64,000 nt of DNA from NCBI GenBank assembly GCA_963705505.1, contig CAVPJU010000006.1, positions 544,001-608,000 on the forward strand, read 5' to 3'. Within the stretch, counting starts at the first letter, position 1. Each line of letters starts with the position of its first letter. A program made the translations under genes and the position numbers. Positions 49,164-59,009 of the stretch are shown here, piece after piece. Source of the DNA: an uncultured bacterium. GTDB taxonomy: Bacteria > Desulfobacterota_D > UBA1144 > Nemesobacterales > UBA2774. The notes beneath the pieces were generated by a model, which had not been told where the DNA came from, searched no databases, and was given only the letters and a program-made list of their open reading frames with translations.

Positions 49164-49413
49164 TACTCCCTCCGGTGTATTGATGGAGACGAACGTCTAT
49201 TCAAGTCAAATGAACCGATGCCGGATTGTCTGGATCGCTATTAATTATCTTTCTTATCCGGTATTAGCGCAATAGTAAAATCAGGCGGGATAAAATTATA
49301 GTTCCTGAGATCTCCGGGTGTGGATTGCCTGGAGGCCGAACTCCCGTGTTTTCGGGCGTGAGCGGATTGGGGAGGGTATGAGAAATGCGGGACTCATATA
49401 TGGTAGAGAATTT

Positions 49414-49842
49414 CTACCATTCCGCCACGTCTTTATGGGCCGTTATCTTTGAGGGTTTGATCCTCACGAGCATCTCGCCCGGGGCCGAATTTCTTTCCCC
49501 ATATGCTTCCGCCTGGTCTTCGCCCATGTACCTCCCGCCTATGCGTGTGGCCCAGTAAAGGAGCTCATCGGGGTCCTCGGAAAAAGAAGCCGTCCCTTCT
49601 ATCATGACGTATGAATAAGGCGGGGTCTGATCGTCGACAGCAAGGCATACACGGGGGTCGCGTTTCATGTTCTTATACTTTACGGATTCCCCTCCGGTCG
49701 TGAATATAACCGTATCGCCGTCGAGATAGAACCATATCGGGACGACGTGGGGCCGCCCGTCCCTTCTTACAGTCGCGAGCTTGCCTGTTTTTGTGCCGTC
49801 GAGAAGGAATGCTCTGTATTCCTCCCTGTTCATTTCCTTCAC
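49414..49842 (-). CDS. PPOX-class (pyridoxamine 5'-phosphate oxidase-like) putative F420-dependent oxidoreductase
   Basis: GKLATVRRDGRPHVVPIWF, K..NMKRDPRV, YVMIEG. Confidence 0.8.
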   Translation of the reverse strand: MKEMNREEYRAFLLDGTKTGKLATVRRDGRPHVVPIWFYLDGDTVIFTTGGESVKYKNMKRDPRVCLAVDDQTPPYSYVMIEGTASFSEDPDELLYWATRIGGRYMGEDQAEAYGERNSAPGEMLVRIKPSKITAHKDVAEW

Positions 49843-49945
49843 TGCGGAATCTCCTTCATTGAGGGCATATTATTTTGTCCCGGCCCGGGTGTTGTTCCCG
49901 AACGGATGGCCGTTTGATTCGGGAGATCGAATCGTTATTTTCTCT

Positions 49946-51328
49946 TTACCATTTCCCGAGCTCTTTTTTCCCCAGTCCTATCATTTTAAGGACATTTTGT
50001 CTCGCGGTACCACCGTAGGATTTCCTGTTGCTTACCGAGCCTTCGAGTGTTATATGGTCGAAGAGGTCGTCGTCGAAGAGTTTGGAGAACATCCTGTACT
50101 CCGATATGTGGAGGTTGATAAGCTCTCTCCCTTTTTCTTCCGCGTAGCCGACTATCCTGCCTGTAACCTCGTGCGAGTGTCTGAACGGCACGCCTTTACG
50201 CGTCAGATAATCAGCAATGTCGGTCGCCGTTATGAACCCCTCATTCAGGGCTTTTTTCATATTTTCATGCTTGAATTCGATGTTGCTGAGCATCGCCCTC
50301 AAAATCTCGAGGGACGATTTAACGGTATCCGCCGTATCGAACATGGGCTCCTTGTCCTCCTGCATGTCCCTGTTGTAAGAGAAGGGGAGGCCTTTCATTA
50401 TCGTCAATATGGATACGAGGTTCCCGTAAACCCTCCCTGTTTTCCCGCGCGTGAGCTCGGCCATGTCCGGGTTCCTTTTCTGGGGCATGATGCTCGATCC
50501 GGTCGTGAACTCGTCCCCGAGATCGGCAAAATCGAATTCCTTGCTCGACCAGAGGACGAACTCCTCTGACACCCTGCTTAAATGCATCATTAAATTCGCG
50601 GATACTGCTATGAATTCGACGATGAAGTCCCTGTCGCTCACTGTGTCGATGCTGTTCTGCGTAACCTTGGGGAAATCGAGGAGCTTTGCGACGTATTCCC
50701 TGTCTATAGGGAAGGTCGTCCCTGCACCCGCCCCCGCCCCGAGCGGCATTACATTTATCCTGTCGAGGCAATTGAGGTATCTTTCTCTATCCCTCTTGAA
50801 CATCTCGTAAAGACCCATCAGATGGTGCGACAGGAGCACGGGCTGCCCCCTCTGGAGGTGCGTGTAGAGAGGCAACATCGCGTCTATATTCTTTTCCGCT
50901 AATTCAAGCAGTGACTCGGCGATGCCTTTTAAGAGCAGGAGAATTTCCTTGACCTCGCTCCTCAAATAAAGCCTCATGTCTAGCGTTATCTGGTCGTTCC
51001 TGCTCCTGGCAGTGTGAATTTTCCCCCCGGTCTCTCCTATCTTTTCGATGAGGCGTTTTTCGATGTTGAGGTGTATGTCTTCGTATTCTTCCCTGAACTG
51101 GAATTTGCCCGACTCGATCTCCTTCTCGATCTGTCTGAGCCCCTTTACGATCTTTTCGGCTTCGTTCTTGAGGATAATACCGCACTCAGCGAGCATTTTG
51201 ACATGCGCGACGCTCCCCTCTATATCCTCCTTGTAGAGCCTCTTATCGAAGTCTATCGAGGCAGAAAATTTTTCGGCGATTTTGTGGGTGTCTTTTTTGA
51301 ACCTGCCCCCCCAGGGTTTTTTCAGCAC
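49946..51328 (-). CDS. argH: Argininosuccinate lyase
   Basis: WGGRF, HTARSRNDQ, YTHLQ, TGSSIMPQKRNPD, YNRDMQEDK. Confidence 0.97.
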   Translation of the reverse strand: MLKKPWGGRFKKDTHKIAEKFSASIDFDKRLYKEDIEGSVAHVKMLAECGIILKNEAEKIVKGLRQIEKEIESGKFQFREEYEDIHLNIEKRLIEKIGETGGKIHTARSRNDQITLDMRLYLRSEVKEILLLLKGIAESLLELAEKNIDAMLPLYTHLQRGQPVLLSHHLMGLYEMFKRDRERYLNCLDRINVMPLGAGAGAGTTFPIDREYVAKLLDFPKVTQNSIDTVSDRDFIVEFIAVSANLMMHLSRVSEEFVLWSSKEFDFADLGDEFTTGSSIMPQKRNPDMAELTRGKTGRVYGNLVSILTIMKGLPFSYNRDMQEDKEPMFDTADTVKSSLEILRAMLSNIEFKHENMKKALNEGFITATDIADYLTRKGVPFRHSHEVTGRIVGYAEEKGRELINLHISEYRMFSKLFDDDLFDHITLEGSVSNRKSYGGTARQNVLKMIGLGKKELGKW

Positions 51329-51457
51329 GCTTTTTCTCCTCCGTAAGCCATTATGATACCGTGATTTTGCGTATCATTGAATAAGACTTCCGAGAAACTA
51401 TATCACGGAGGGGGATTTTATATAAGGGCCCCGGCCGTGGCATGTGGTCAGATTCCG

Positions 51458-51934
51458 CTACGTTTTATTCTCCTCCGGAAGCCTCAGGGCTTCCAGAGCC
51501 TCCTCGACGTGCTTTTTGTAGCCTAGCTGAGAGGATATCACGCGTATTACTTTGCCTGTCCGGTCAATTACGTATGTGACCCTGCCGGGGAAGATACCCA
51601 GGGTCTTGGGGACGCCGTAGAGCTCCCTCACTTTACCCTTCTCGTCGCTCAGCAGCCTGAAAGGGAGTCTGTATTCGGAGGAGAACCGTTTATGGGATTC
51701 GGCGGAGTCAGAGCTTATTCCGAATACTTCCGCATCGCCGATCTTCCTGAATTCGTCGTAGTTGTCCCTGAACGTGCACGCTTCTTTAGTGCATACCGCC
51801 GTATTGTCCTTCGGATAGAAGAAAAGGACTACGGGTTTTCTGCCGATATAATCGCCAATGTTTACGGTATCGCCGCTTTCTGAGGGGAGACTGAAAGCGG
51901 GGGCCCTGTCTCCGGTTTTAACGGATTCCGCCAA
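51458..51934 (-). CDS. bcp: Peroxiredoxin, BCP/PrxQ family
   Basis: FFYPKDNTAVCTKEACTFRD, GRVTYVID. Confidence 0.9.
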   Translation of the reverse strand: MAESVKTGDRAPAFSLPSESGDTVNIGDYIGRKPVVLFFYPKDNTAVCTKEACTFRDNYDEFRKIGDAEVFGISSDSAESHKRFSSEYRLPFRLLSDEKGKVRELYGVPKTLGIFPGRVTYVIDRTGKVIRVISSQLGYKKHVEEALEALRLPEENKT

Positions 51935-52094
51935 TTTGATTTCTCCCTGTATCGTTCAGCATAATGATACTTAAAGAATCCGGATTCCGCCCGTGCATGG
52001 TCGGACAGGAATCTTTTCACAGGATAAACTACTCTATAATATTGGACGATAAATAAGCGTTCACCGATACCGATTTACCGGAGGCGATAGTAAA

Positions 52095-52610
52095 ATGGAC
52101 GTATTCGAGTGTGTAAAGACAGTAAGCTCGATCAGGAGCTACATTAAGAAGCCGGTGCCCGATAAAGTCGTTAGAGAGGTACTCGAGGCCGGGAGGCTCG
52201 CGCCGAGCGCCCACAACGACCAGCCGTGGCAGTTCATTTTGGTGAGGGACAAGGATAAGCTCAAGGGTCTCGAGAAATTCTGCATAAGCGGGAGGTTCGT
52301 TTCCGAGGTCGACTTCGCTGTCGTAGTGCTGACCGACCCGGCCACGAAATGGCACGAGATAGACGGGACGCGCGCGGTACAGAACATGGTGCTGACCGCC
52401 TGGAGCCATAAGCTCGGCTCGTGCTGGATCGGGAGGATCGAGAAGGAAGGGCTAATGAAATATCTGGGTATACCCGATAATCTCAACGTCCTTACGGTCC
52501 TGCCCTTCGGGTATTTTGATGAGAGACAGGCGGACCCGGTTAAATACAGGAAACCCCCGGAGCAGGTCTTTCATTTGAACGGATTCGGGAATAGATTGAG
52601 TAACTTATAG
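52095..52610 (+). CDS. Nitroreductase family protein
   Basis: SIRSY, AGRLAPSAHNDQPWQF, QNMVL.A...LGSCWIG. Confidence 0.9.
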   Translation: MDVFECVKTVSSIRSYIKKPVPDKVVREVLEAGRLAPSAHNDQPWQFILVRDKDKLKGLEKFCISGRFVSEVDFAVVVLTDPATKWHEIDGTRAVQNMVLTAWSHKLGSCWIGRIEKEGLMKYLGIPDNLNVLTVLPFGYFDERQADPVKYRKPPEQVFHLNGFGNRLSNL

Positions 52611-52628
52611 ACAGGCTTGAGTTCCTTT

Positions 52629-53579
52629 TTACAGGGTGGGAATTGGCCGCATAACTGTGACTTCTCTATTCATCGCGGCTCCAATGCTCAGTAATCTGTA
52701 TTGCGGAATAAACGACCTTTCCTTATCGCCGCAGCTTTTTAATACTTTGAAAGTGTTATCGGATCTTCTCAAGTTGACCTCGAAGATCTTTTCTTCAAAA
52801 TTAGAGAAAAATTTCACCTTTATTTCTCCATCTGCTTCCTTTGCACCTTCTAAATAAAATGAGGGAATCTCCGTTACCCCCGTTTCTCTTCTTAGAAAAT
52901 ATTCGGCTGCCTGCGCGGGTGCACTGTAGCACGAGCGGCCCCTGTAGCTTCTGAGATCGATCTTTCCGTTCTTATATTTATCGATTATCTCGTCAGCTCT
53001 CTTTCCTTCCCTGACGCGTCCGTAATATAGACCGTGAGGGAGGCAGACAAATGTGGAAGCGAACCTGTGCCCGCCGATGTGGGTCGTCTGCCACGTGTCC
53101 CGGCCGTTCACGCCTGCTTCAGCCTCCAGATACACCGGCATACCGAATTTTCCGCAGCACTTATCATGCTCGCCGTTTGTGCAAATGAGATATATCGGCT
53201 CTCTCCGTTCGGATGAGCCGTCATTTGTAATCGAATCGACGTCGAGCCCGAGCAGGTCCTCGTATTTGCCGAGTGTAAATTCGTATAGTTGCGGCTTCCT
53301 CTCTTCAGAGCGCGCTATATAAAACTTTATACCGCCCTTACTCTGTTCTTGTTTCTTAACGAGCTGGAGACGCGAATTGGGGAAGGTCTCGAGATAACGG
53401 CTGATCCGCGCTTTTGCCTTTTCGGGGATTTTACTATCGCGAAATGCATCGCCCGACCAGCGCCCGTTATATTCGAGTATGAACCACATATCGACTTTTG
53501 TAGCGGTACCGTACATCTCCTCGTCTGCTTCGAGCGAATCCATGGAGCATAAAGTACCGCGCTTAATCGTGACACTCAA
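52629..53579 (-). CDS. Sucrase/ferredoxin-like (Apd1/Aim32 type) [2Fe-2S] protein
   Basis: ICTNGEHDKCCGKFG and THIGGHRFA motifs, YYGR, YRGRS; start codon uncertain. Confidence 0.85.
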   Translation of the reverse strand: MSVTIKRGTLCSMDSLEADEEMYGTATKVDMWFILEYNGRWSGDAFRDSKIPEKAKARISRYLETFPNSRLQLVKKQEQSKGGIKFYIARSEERKPQLYEFTLGKYEDLLGLDVDSITNDGSSERREPIYLICTNGEHDKCCGKFGMPVYLEAEAGVNGRDTWQTTHIGGHRFASTFVCLPHGLYYGRVREGKRADEIIDKYKNGKIDLRSYRGRSCYSAPAQAAEYFLRRETGVTEIPSFYLEGAKEADGEIKVKFFSNFEEKIFEVNLRRSDNTFKVLKSCGDKERSFIPQYRLLSIGAAMNREVTVMRPIPTL

Positions 53580-53607
53580 TCCTAATTCACCTATTCCTTA
53601 AGAGTAG

Positions 53608-54762
53608 TCAGAGCCGCTCGATGATCGTGGCTGTCGCCATACCGTGGCCGATACACATTACCTGAAGACCGAACTGTCCGTCCACGCGCTCGAGCTCATA
53701 GAGGAGCTTCGTCATGAGCACGGCTCCCGTGGCCCCCAGGGGATGGCCGTGGGCTATCGCTCCGCCGTTAGGATTTACTCTCTCCATATCGGGCTTTAGC
53801 TCACCCGACCATGCGAGCACGACTGAGGCAAATGCTTCGTTGATTTCAATTACATCGATATCGGACAAACGTAGCCCGGCGCTCCGGAGGGCTTTGATTG
53901 TTGCGGGTATAACCTCTATGAGCTGGAGCGTTGGGTCTCCTCCTAAAACTACCCTTGTCCGGAACCTTGCCCGCGGTTTAAAACCGTCGGCAACGGCGGC
54001 TTCACTGTCCGCGATCAGCAGAAGCGCGGCTCCGTCGGAAATCTGGCTCGAATTGGCTGCCGTAATGACCCCCCCGCTTCTGAAGATCGGAGGAAGAGAC
54101 GACATTTTTTCGAGGTCGGGCTTAAATCTTATCCCTTCGTCGTAATCGAGAATGAGCGGGCTGCCTTCGGCATCCACACCCGTCACGGGCATGATCTGCC
54201 CCTTGAAGAATCCTGACTTCGCTGCCCGCGCGGCCTTCGAATGGCTATCGAAGCTGAATCTGTCGAGCTCCTCTCTTGCGAGGCCGTATTTGTCCGCTAT
54301 ACGCTCGGCAGACTCGCCCTGATGAATGAGCTCGTATTTCTGAGAGAGCTTTGGATTTAAGTTTTCGAGTCCGCCTTTGATGTCCGAGAACATCGGGACA
54401 CGCGTCATTGACTCGACGCCGCCTGCCAGTATATACCTCGCGTCCCCCGACGCTATCGACTGCGCCGCGAAATGGACGGCCTGCTGGCTCGACCCGCACA
54501 TACGGTTAAGCGTTACGGCGGGGACCGATGGGGGGAGGGGGGAAAGGAGCACAGCGAGCCTCCCTGTATTTGCACCCTGCTCGCCGTACTGCGTCACGCA
54601 CCCCGTAATTACATCGTCGATTTTATCTCCGCCGATGCCCGTCCTTTTAAGGAGCTCGCCTATTAACCCGGCGTATAACTCGTCCGGCCTAATGTTCCTG
54701 AGCGCTCCCCGGCTCCGTCCCACGGGCGTTCTGACCGCATCGATAATTACAGGCTCTCTCAT
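53608..54762 (-). CDS. Acetyl-CoA acyltransferase (thiolase)
   Basis: NRMCGSS, NEAFA, GHPLGATG, CIGHG. Confidence 0.95.
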   Translation of the reverse strand: MREPVIIDAVRTPVGRSRGALRNIRPDELYAGLIGELLKRTGIGGDKIDDVITGCVTQYGEQGANTGRLAVLLSPLPPSVPAVTLNRMCGSSQQAVHFAAQSIASGDARYILAGGVESMTRVPMFSDIKGGLENLNPKLSQKYELIHQGESAERIADKYGLAREELDRFSFDSHSKAARAAKSGFFKGQIMPVTGVDAEGSPLILDYDEGIRFKPDLEKMSSLPPIFRSGGVITAANSSQISDGAALLLIADSEAAVADGFKPRARFRTRVVLGGDPTLQLIEVIPATIKALRSAGLRLSDIDVIEINEAFASVVLAWSGELKPDMERVNPNGGAIAHGHPLGATGAVLMTKLLYELERVDGQFGLQVMCIGHGMATATIIERL

Positions 54763-54767
54763 GCGGG

Positions 54768-55904
54768 TCAGTCCCTGGTCAGCTCCTTTACCATTACGAC
54801 GCGCTGTATCTCGTTCGTGCCTTCATATATCTGCAGCACCTTGGCGTCCCGCATGAGCTTCTCGAGCGGATACTCTTCACTGTATCCGTAGCCTCCGTGA
54901 ATCTGGACGGCTTCAGTCGCGGCCCACATGGCGGTGTCCGAGGCGAAGGTCTTCGCATATGAAGCCTCGAGAGTGTTTTTTTCTCCCCTCGCCGCTAACC
55001 ACGCAGCTTTATAGGCGAGAAGTCTCGAGGCCTCCGTGCGCATACCCATTTCGGCTATCTTGAAGCTTACTCCCTGAAAGTTGGCGATCGGACGTCCGAA
55101 GGCCTCTCTCTCCTTGGAGTAGCTTATGCATTCGTCGAGCGAGCGCTGGGATATGCCGACGCCGAGCGCGGCGATTAGGGGGCGGGTGTGGTCAAAGGCC
55201 TTCATGGCGAGCTTGAACCCGTCGCCTTCATTTCCGAGAAGAGAATTCGGCGAAAGCTCGACATCTTTGAAGACGACCTCACACGCGTCGCTCGCCCTCT
55301 GTCCCATCTTCGCTAGCTTTTTCGATACGTCCACGCCGGGCAGGTCCCGGTCAACAATGAAGGCGCTCATCCCCTTGTGTCCGTCGCCGGGTGACGTTTT
55401 GGCAAAGACTACGAAAAAGGAAGCCTCTTTCGCGTTTGATATCCATGTTTTCTGGCCGTTGAGTATGTACTTGTCCTTGAGTTTCCTTGCGCTCGCGCGC
55501 ATGGAAGCGACGTCCGAGCCAGCGTTCGGCTCGGTAACGCAATAGGATCCGAACCCCTCTGAGAGGATGCCGAGATATTTTTTCTTCTGGTCTTCATCGC
55601 CGGCGATTAAAATGGGCTGCGCGGTCAGTGTATTGATTCCGATTCCGCCTACGGCGATTCCGGCGCATCCCCAGGCGAGTTCTTCGGTTACTAATATCAT
55701 TTCAACCGCGGAGAGCCCCGAGCCTCCGTACTCCTCGGGTATGACCACGTTTATCAATCCGAGCTCGCGCGCCTTCGCCTGGATTTTGTGGGGGAATTCG
55801 GCGGTCCGGTCGTAGTGGGCTGCCGCGGGGGCGATTTCCTTCCTGGAGAAATCCCTCGCAACTCTCCTAATCATCTTCTGTTCTTCGGTGAAGTCGAAGT
55901 CCAT
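54768..55904 (-). CDS. Acyl-CoA dehydrogenase
   Basis: CVTEPNAGSD, NGQKTWISN, QIHGGYGY, IYEGTNEIQ; start taken at MDFDF. Confidence 0.95.
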   Translation of the reverse strand: MDFDFTEEQKMIRRVARDFSRKEIAPAAAHYDRTAEFPHKIQAKARELGLINVVIPEEYGGSGLSAVEMILVTEELAWGCAGIAVGGIGINTLTAQPILIAGDEDQKKKYLGILSEGFGSYCVTEPNAGSDVASMRASARKLKDKYILNGQKTWISNAKEASFFVVFAKTSPGDGHKGMSAFIVDRDLPGVDVSKKLAKMGQRASDACEVVFKDVELSPNSLLGNEGDGFKLAMKAFDHTRPLIAALGVGISQRSLDECISYSKEREAFGRPIANFQGVSFKIAEMGMRTEASRLLAYKAAWLAARGEKNTLEASYAKTFASDTAMWAATEAVQIHGGYGYSEEYPLEKLMRDAKVLQIYEGTNEIQRVVMVKELTRD

Positions 55905-55996
55905 TTGGTTTTCACTATCCGTCTTTACACCGACCGGAGTATTGATGATATTGTACAGCATGGATAGAAAGATTTTTATACCGAAGGGGAAAGAAG

Positions 55997-56962
55997 ATGG
56001 ATAAGAGAGTTATCGGAATAGACGTCGGGGGCACTAACCTGAGGGGGGCTCTGGTCGATTCGGACGGTAAAATAATAAAGCGCCTGAAAATCGCGTCCCA
56101 GGCCGAAGAGGGGATCGAAGCGGTAATAAACAATCTCGTCAGCTTGATAAGGAGCATAGGGGAGGGCGCGGATGTCTCAGGTGTCGGGTTCGGCATACCG
56201 GGGATAATCGACTTTAAAAACGGGGTAATAACCCAGGCCCCTAATATATCCAACGTGAATAATTACCCTATAAGGGAGAATCTCCGCGTAAGGCTCGGGG
56301 ACGAAATGCGGGTAATCATAGAAAACGACGCCAACTGCGCCGCTCTAGGGGAGTGGTGGATGGGTGCGGGAAAGGACGTGGGATCGATCGTTATGATAAC
56401 GCTCGGGACGGGCGTCGGCGGAGGGATAATACTCGACGGTAAATTATGGAGAGGGGCGGACGGTATGGGAGGGGAGGTCGGACACATGACGATATATCCT
56501 GACGGTGCAAGGTGCAACTGCGGAAATTTCGGATGCCTCGAAAGCTACTCTTCGGCTACGGCCATAAGGCGAATGGTAAAAGAGGCCCTCGCGGATACGA
56601 ATTCAAAAACTGTACTCAGAGAACTGGTAATAGACGAAGACCCAGGGAGGATACCCGAAGTCGTCATGAAGGCGGCTCTTGAGGGCGACGGGGCCGCGCT
56701 CGGGATATGGGAGCAGTTTGGCATTGCGCTCGGCATAGGGATGGCGAGCCTCGTGAACATTTTAAACGTCGAAATGATAGTCCTGGGAGGCGGCGTTGCG
56801 CAGGCCTGGGAATTGTTTATAGATCAGGCGAGAGCGGAGCTTAAGAAAAGGGGGTTAAGGGCGCCTGTCGAGCGGGTAAGGGTAATGAAAAGCGTCCTCG
56901 GTGACGATGAGGGGATAATAGGCGCGTCGTATCTGGCATTGAATGCGGGAAAGCCCGCATGA
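55997..56962 (+). CDS. glk: ROK family glucokinase
   Basis: GIDVGGT, ENDANCAALGE, GTGVGGG, GEVGH, CNCGNFGCLE. Confidence 0.88.
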   Translation: MDKRVIGIDVGGTNLRGALVDSDGKIIKRLKIASQAEEGIEAVINNLVSLIRSIGEGADVSGVGFGIPGIIDFKNGVITQAPNISNVNNYPIRENLRVRLGDEMRVIIENDANCAALGEWWMGAGKDVGSIVMITLGTGVGGGIILDGKLWRGADGMGGEVGHMTIYPDGARCNCGNFGCLESYSSATAIRRMVKEALADTNSKTVLRELVIDEDPGRIPEVVMKAALEGDGAALGIWEQFGIALGIGMASLVNILNVEMIVLGGGVAQAWELFIDQARAELKKRGLRAPVERVRVMKSVLGDDEGIIGASYLALNAGKPA

Positions 56963-56968
56963 GTTGAT

Positions 56969-58345
56969 TTAGAGGGAAGACCCCGGGATCCTAAGGCTGA
57001 ATTTAAGCGCTTTCTTTCCTTTTTTTCTTACCTTGAACCTGTCGTCGATTCTCATGCCCCCGATCCAGAATATTTCCCCTTTACACCTGAATATCGGGAT
57101 TCCATATCTCCGGAACCTCGGGACCTTACAGTCGATAAAGAAGTTTTTCACCTTTTTCGGGCTTTTCATGCCGAGCGGGAAAAACCTGTCCCCCGGTCTG
57201 AAACTCCTCACCTCGACCGGGAACACCAGAGAGTCGGCGTCGAGATAAGCCACGTCTTCTCTCTCCTCCTCCAGACTCTTAGCCGATACTTTCTCTATAT
57301 CGACGTCGAATTCGGGGAAGCTCCATTTCCCGGTCGATGGGATAGTGTACGAGAATTCGCGCTCGAGCGCTGACCTAGTCGTTACAAGGAAGGAATCATA
57401 CCCCTTGGCGATGACCGTTTCGTCGGGGAATTCTATTTCTCCCGAGGCGGTATCCGACGTTAAGAATTCGTCCGCTGAAAAGAGGTGGAGTGACGTAACA
57501 TTCTTGAGGCTCTTATTGCGCTCCTCGACGGCGAGCCTCAGGACGCTCAATCTGATCGCTTGATCGAGGCGTCTGAATTTTTTTAAATCGCCCTGCAGTT
57601 CGAGTTTACTTACGGCGAAAATTCGTCTGAAATTCTTCTTCGCCTCTCCTTCGATAAAGCTGTCTTCTATCCTCAGCAGATCGGACGTTCTCGAAAGGGT
57701 CTCTTTAATTTTGGGGTTGTAGCTCTCGAGCTCGGGCAGCAGATCGAGTCTTATCCTGTTTCTCAGTATGGTTCTCAGCTTGTTTGTGGAATCCTCGATC
57801 CACTCTACGCCCCGGGATATGAGATAGTTTTCAATTTCGGAACGCTTGGTCTCTATGAGGGGCCTTATTATAACCCCGTTTGAAACGGGGGGAATGCCGG
57901 AAAGCCCTCTCGGGCCGCTCCCCCTCATGAGCCTCATCAATACGGTTTCCGCCTGGTCGTCGAGTGTGTGAGCAGTGGCTATCTTATCGGCTTTGTATTT
58001 TTTACGTGTTTCCTCAAAGAAATCGTAACGGAGAACCCTCGCGGCCTCTTCGAGACTGAGTTTCGATTCTTTTTTATAGCGGGGAACATTTACCTTTCCG
58101 ATCTCGAATTTCAAACCCAGGGAATCCGCAGCTCGTTTTACGAATAACGAGTCCCTCTTAGCCTCTTTGCCTCTTATCCCGTGGTTCAAATGAGCGACTA
58201 TAAGCTCGGTATCGTATTCCTCTAATTCGAGAAGGGCGTGGAGGAGCCCTATTGAGTCCGCCCCCCCGGAAACGCCTATAACTATCTTCTCTCCGGGGAG
58301 GAGCATTTCGTATTTTTTAATTGTTTTTCTTAGTCTCGACAGCAT
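56969..58345 (-). CDS. tilS: tRNA(Ile)-lysidine synthetase
   Basis: VSGGADS, HLNHGIR, EEAAR..RY, TAHTLDDQAET, RNRIR. Confidence 0.96.
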   Translation of the reverse strand: MLSRLRKTIKKYEMLLPGEKIVIGVSGGADSIGLLHALLELEEYDTELIVAHLNHGIRGKEAKRDSLFVKRAADSLGLKFEIGKVNVPRYKKESKLSLEEAARVLRYDFFEETRKKYKADKIATAHTLDDQAETVLMRLMRGSGPRGLSGIPPVSNGVIIRPLIETKRSEIENYLISRGVEWIEDSTNKLRTILRNRIRLDLLPELESYNPKIKETLSRTSDLLRIEDSFIEGEAKKNFRRIFAVSKLELQGDLKKFRRLDQAIRLSVLRLAVEERNKSLKNVTSLHLFSADEFLTSDTASGEIEFPDETVIAKGYDSFLVTTRSALEREFSYTIPSTGKWSFPEFDVDIEKVSAKSLEEEREDVAYLDADSLVFPVEVRSFRPGDRFFPLGMKSPKKVKNFFIDCKVPRFRRYGIPIFRCKGEIFWIGGMRIDDRFKVRKKGKKALKFSLRIPGSSL

Positions 58346-58349
58346 TTTC

Positions 58350-58700
58350 TACGTTATTCGTGGCGAGGCCCGCGGACTTATAACTTGAACGCGTCCTCTA
58401 TTGAGATCGGAAGCTCCGTACTTTCCTCTTCCGGGAGCATGATATAGTACCCGGCTCTCGGCTTGGGCGTCGTGGGGACGAGCAGGGTGCCGAGGGGTCC
58501 TATCAGGAATATAACGACTTCGAACAGGCCTTTCGGGGGTTCCGCCGGAGGGCTTCCGATTAGTTTTGCAGGAGCGGCGCTCACGAGTCCTATAATCCGT
58601 TTGGCGAGCTTGAATAATATAAGAAGCGTAAGTCCGAACGTACTGAAACCAGTATTCCGGCGAGTATGTTCCGCTTGAAGAAACTATAGATATGCCTCAT
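58350..58700 (-). pseudogene. Degraded DUF502 family gene
   Basis: MRHIYSFFKRNILAGILVSV, frameshift, FGLTLLILF...; then VPTTPKPRAGY...ISIEDAFKL*; the central part of the family appears to be missing. Confidence 0.7.
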
Positions 58701-58703
58701 TGA

Positions 58704-58988
58704 TCAAGCTGGTTGCTTGTCGATGGCGTCGCGGAGAAACCTGCTGGGCTTAAATACAACGGCACGTCTCTCTGCTATCTCAATCGTTTCGCCCGTGGCG
58801 GGGTTTCTTCCCTTTCTCGCCTTCCTCTTCTGAACCCGGAAGCTCCCGAACCTGGGAAGTTTTATACCCTCTCCCCTGCTCAGTTTTTCCTTGGCCACCT
58901 CAAAGAAGAATTCTACGATTTCTGCAGACTCCCTTTTGGAGAGTCCGATTTTGGTGTGGATCACATCCGCCAATTCTTTTTTCGTCAT
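58704..58988 (-). CDS. ihfA: Integration host factor alpha / HU family DNA-binding protein
   Basis: MTKKELA, FGSF, RKGRNPATGE, VFKPS; directly downstream of pheT. Confidence 0.8.
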   Translation of the reverse strand: MTKKELADVIHTKIGLSKRESAEIVEFFFEVAKEKLSRGEGIKLPRFGSFRVQKRKARKGRNPATGETIEIAERRAVVFKPSRFLRDAIDKQPA

Positions 58989-59009
58989 GACGCTAACCTC
59001 CCCTTTTTA

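Noticed and set aside
49164..49413. Fluoride riboswitch upstream of the CLC gene
   Set aside because: No matching aptamer motif seen, and the protein has Cl-/H+ antiporter-type GSG and GREGP motifs
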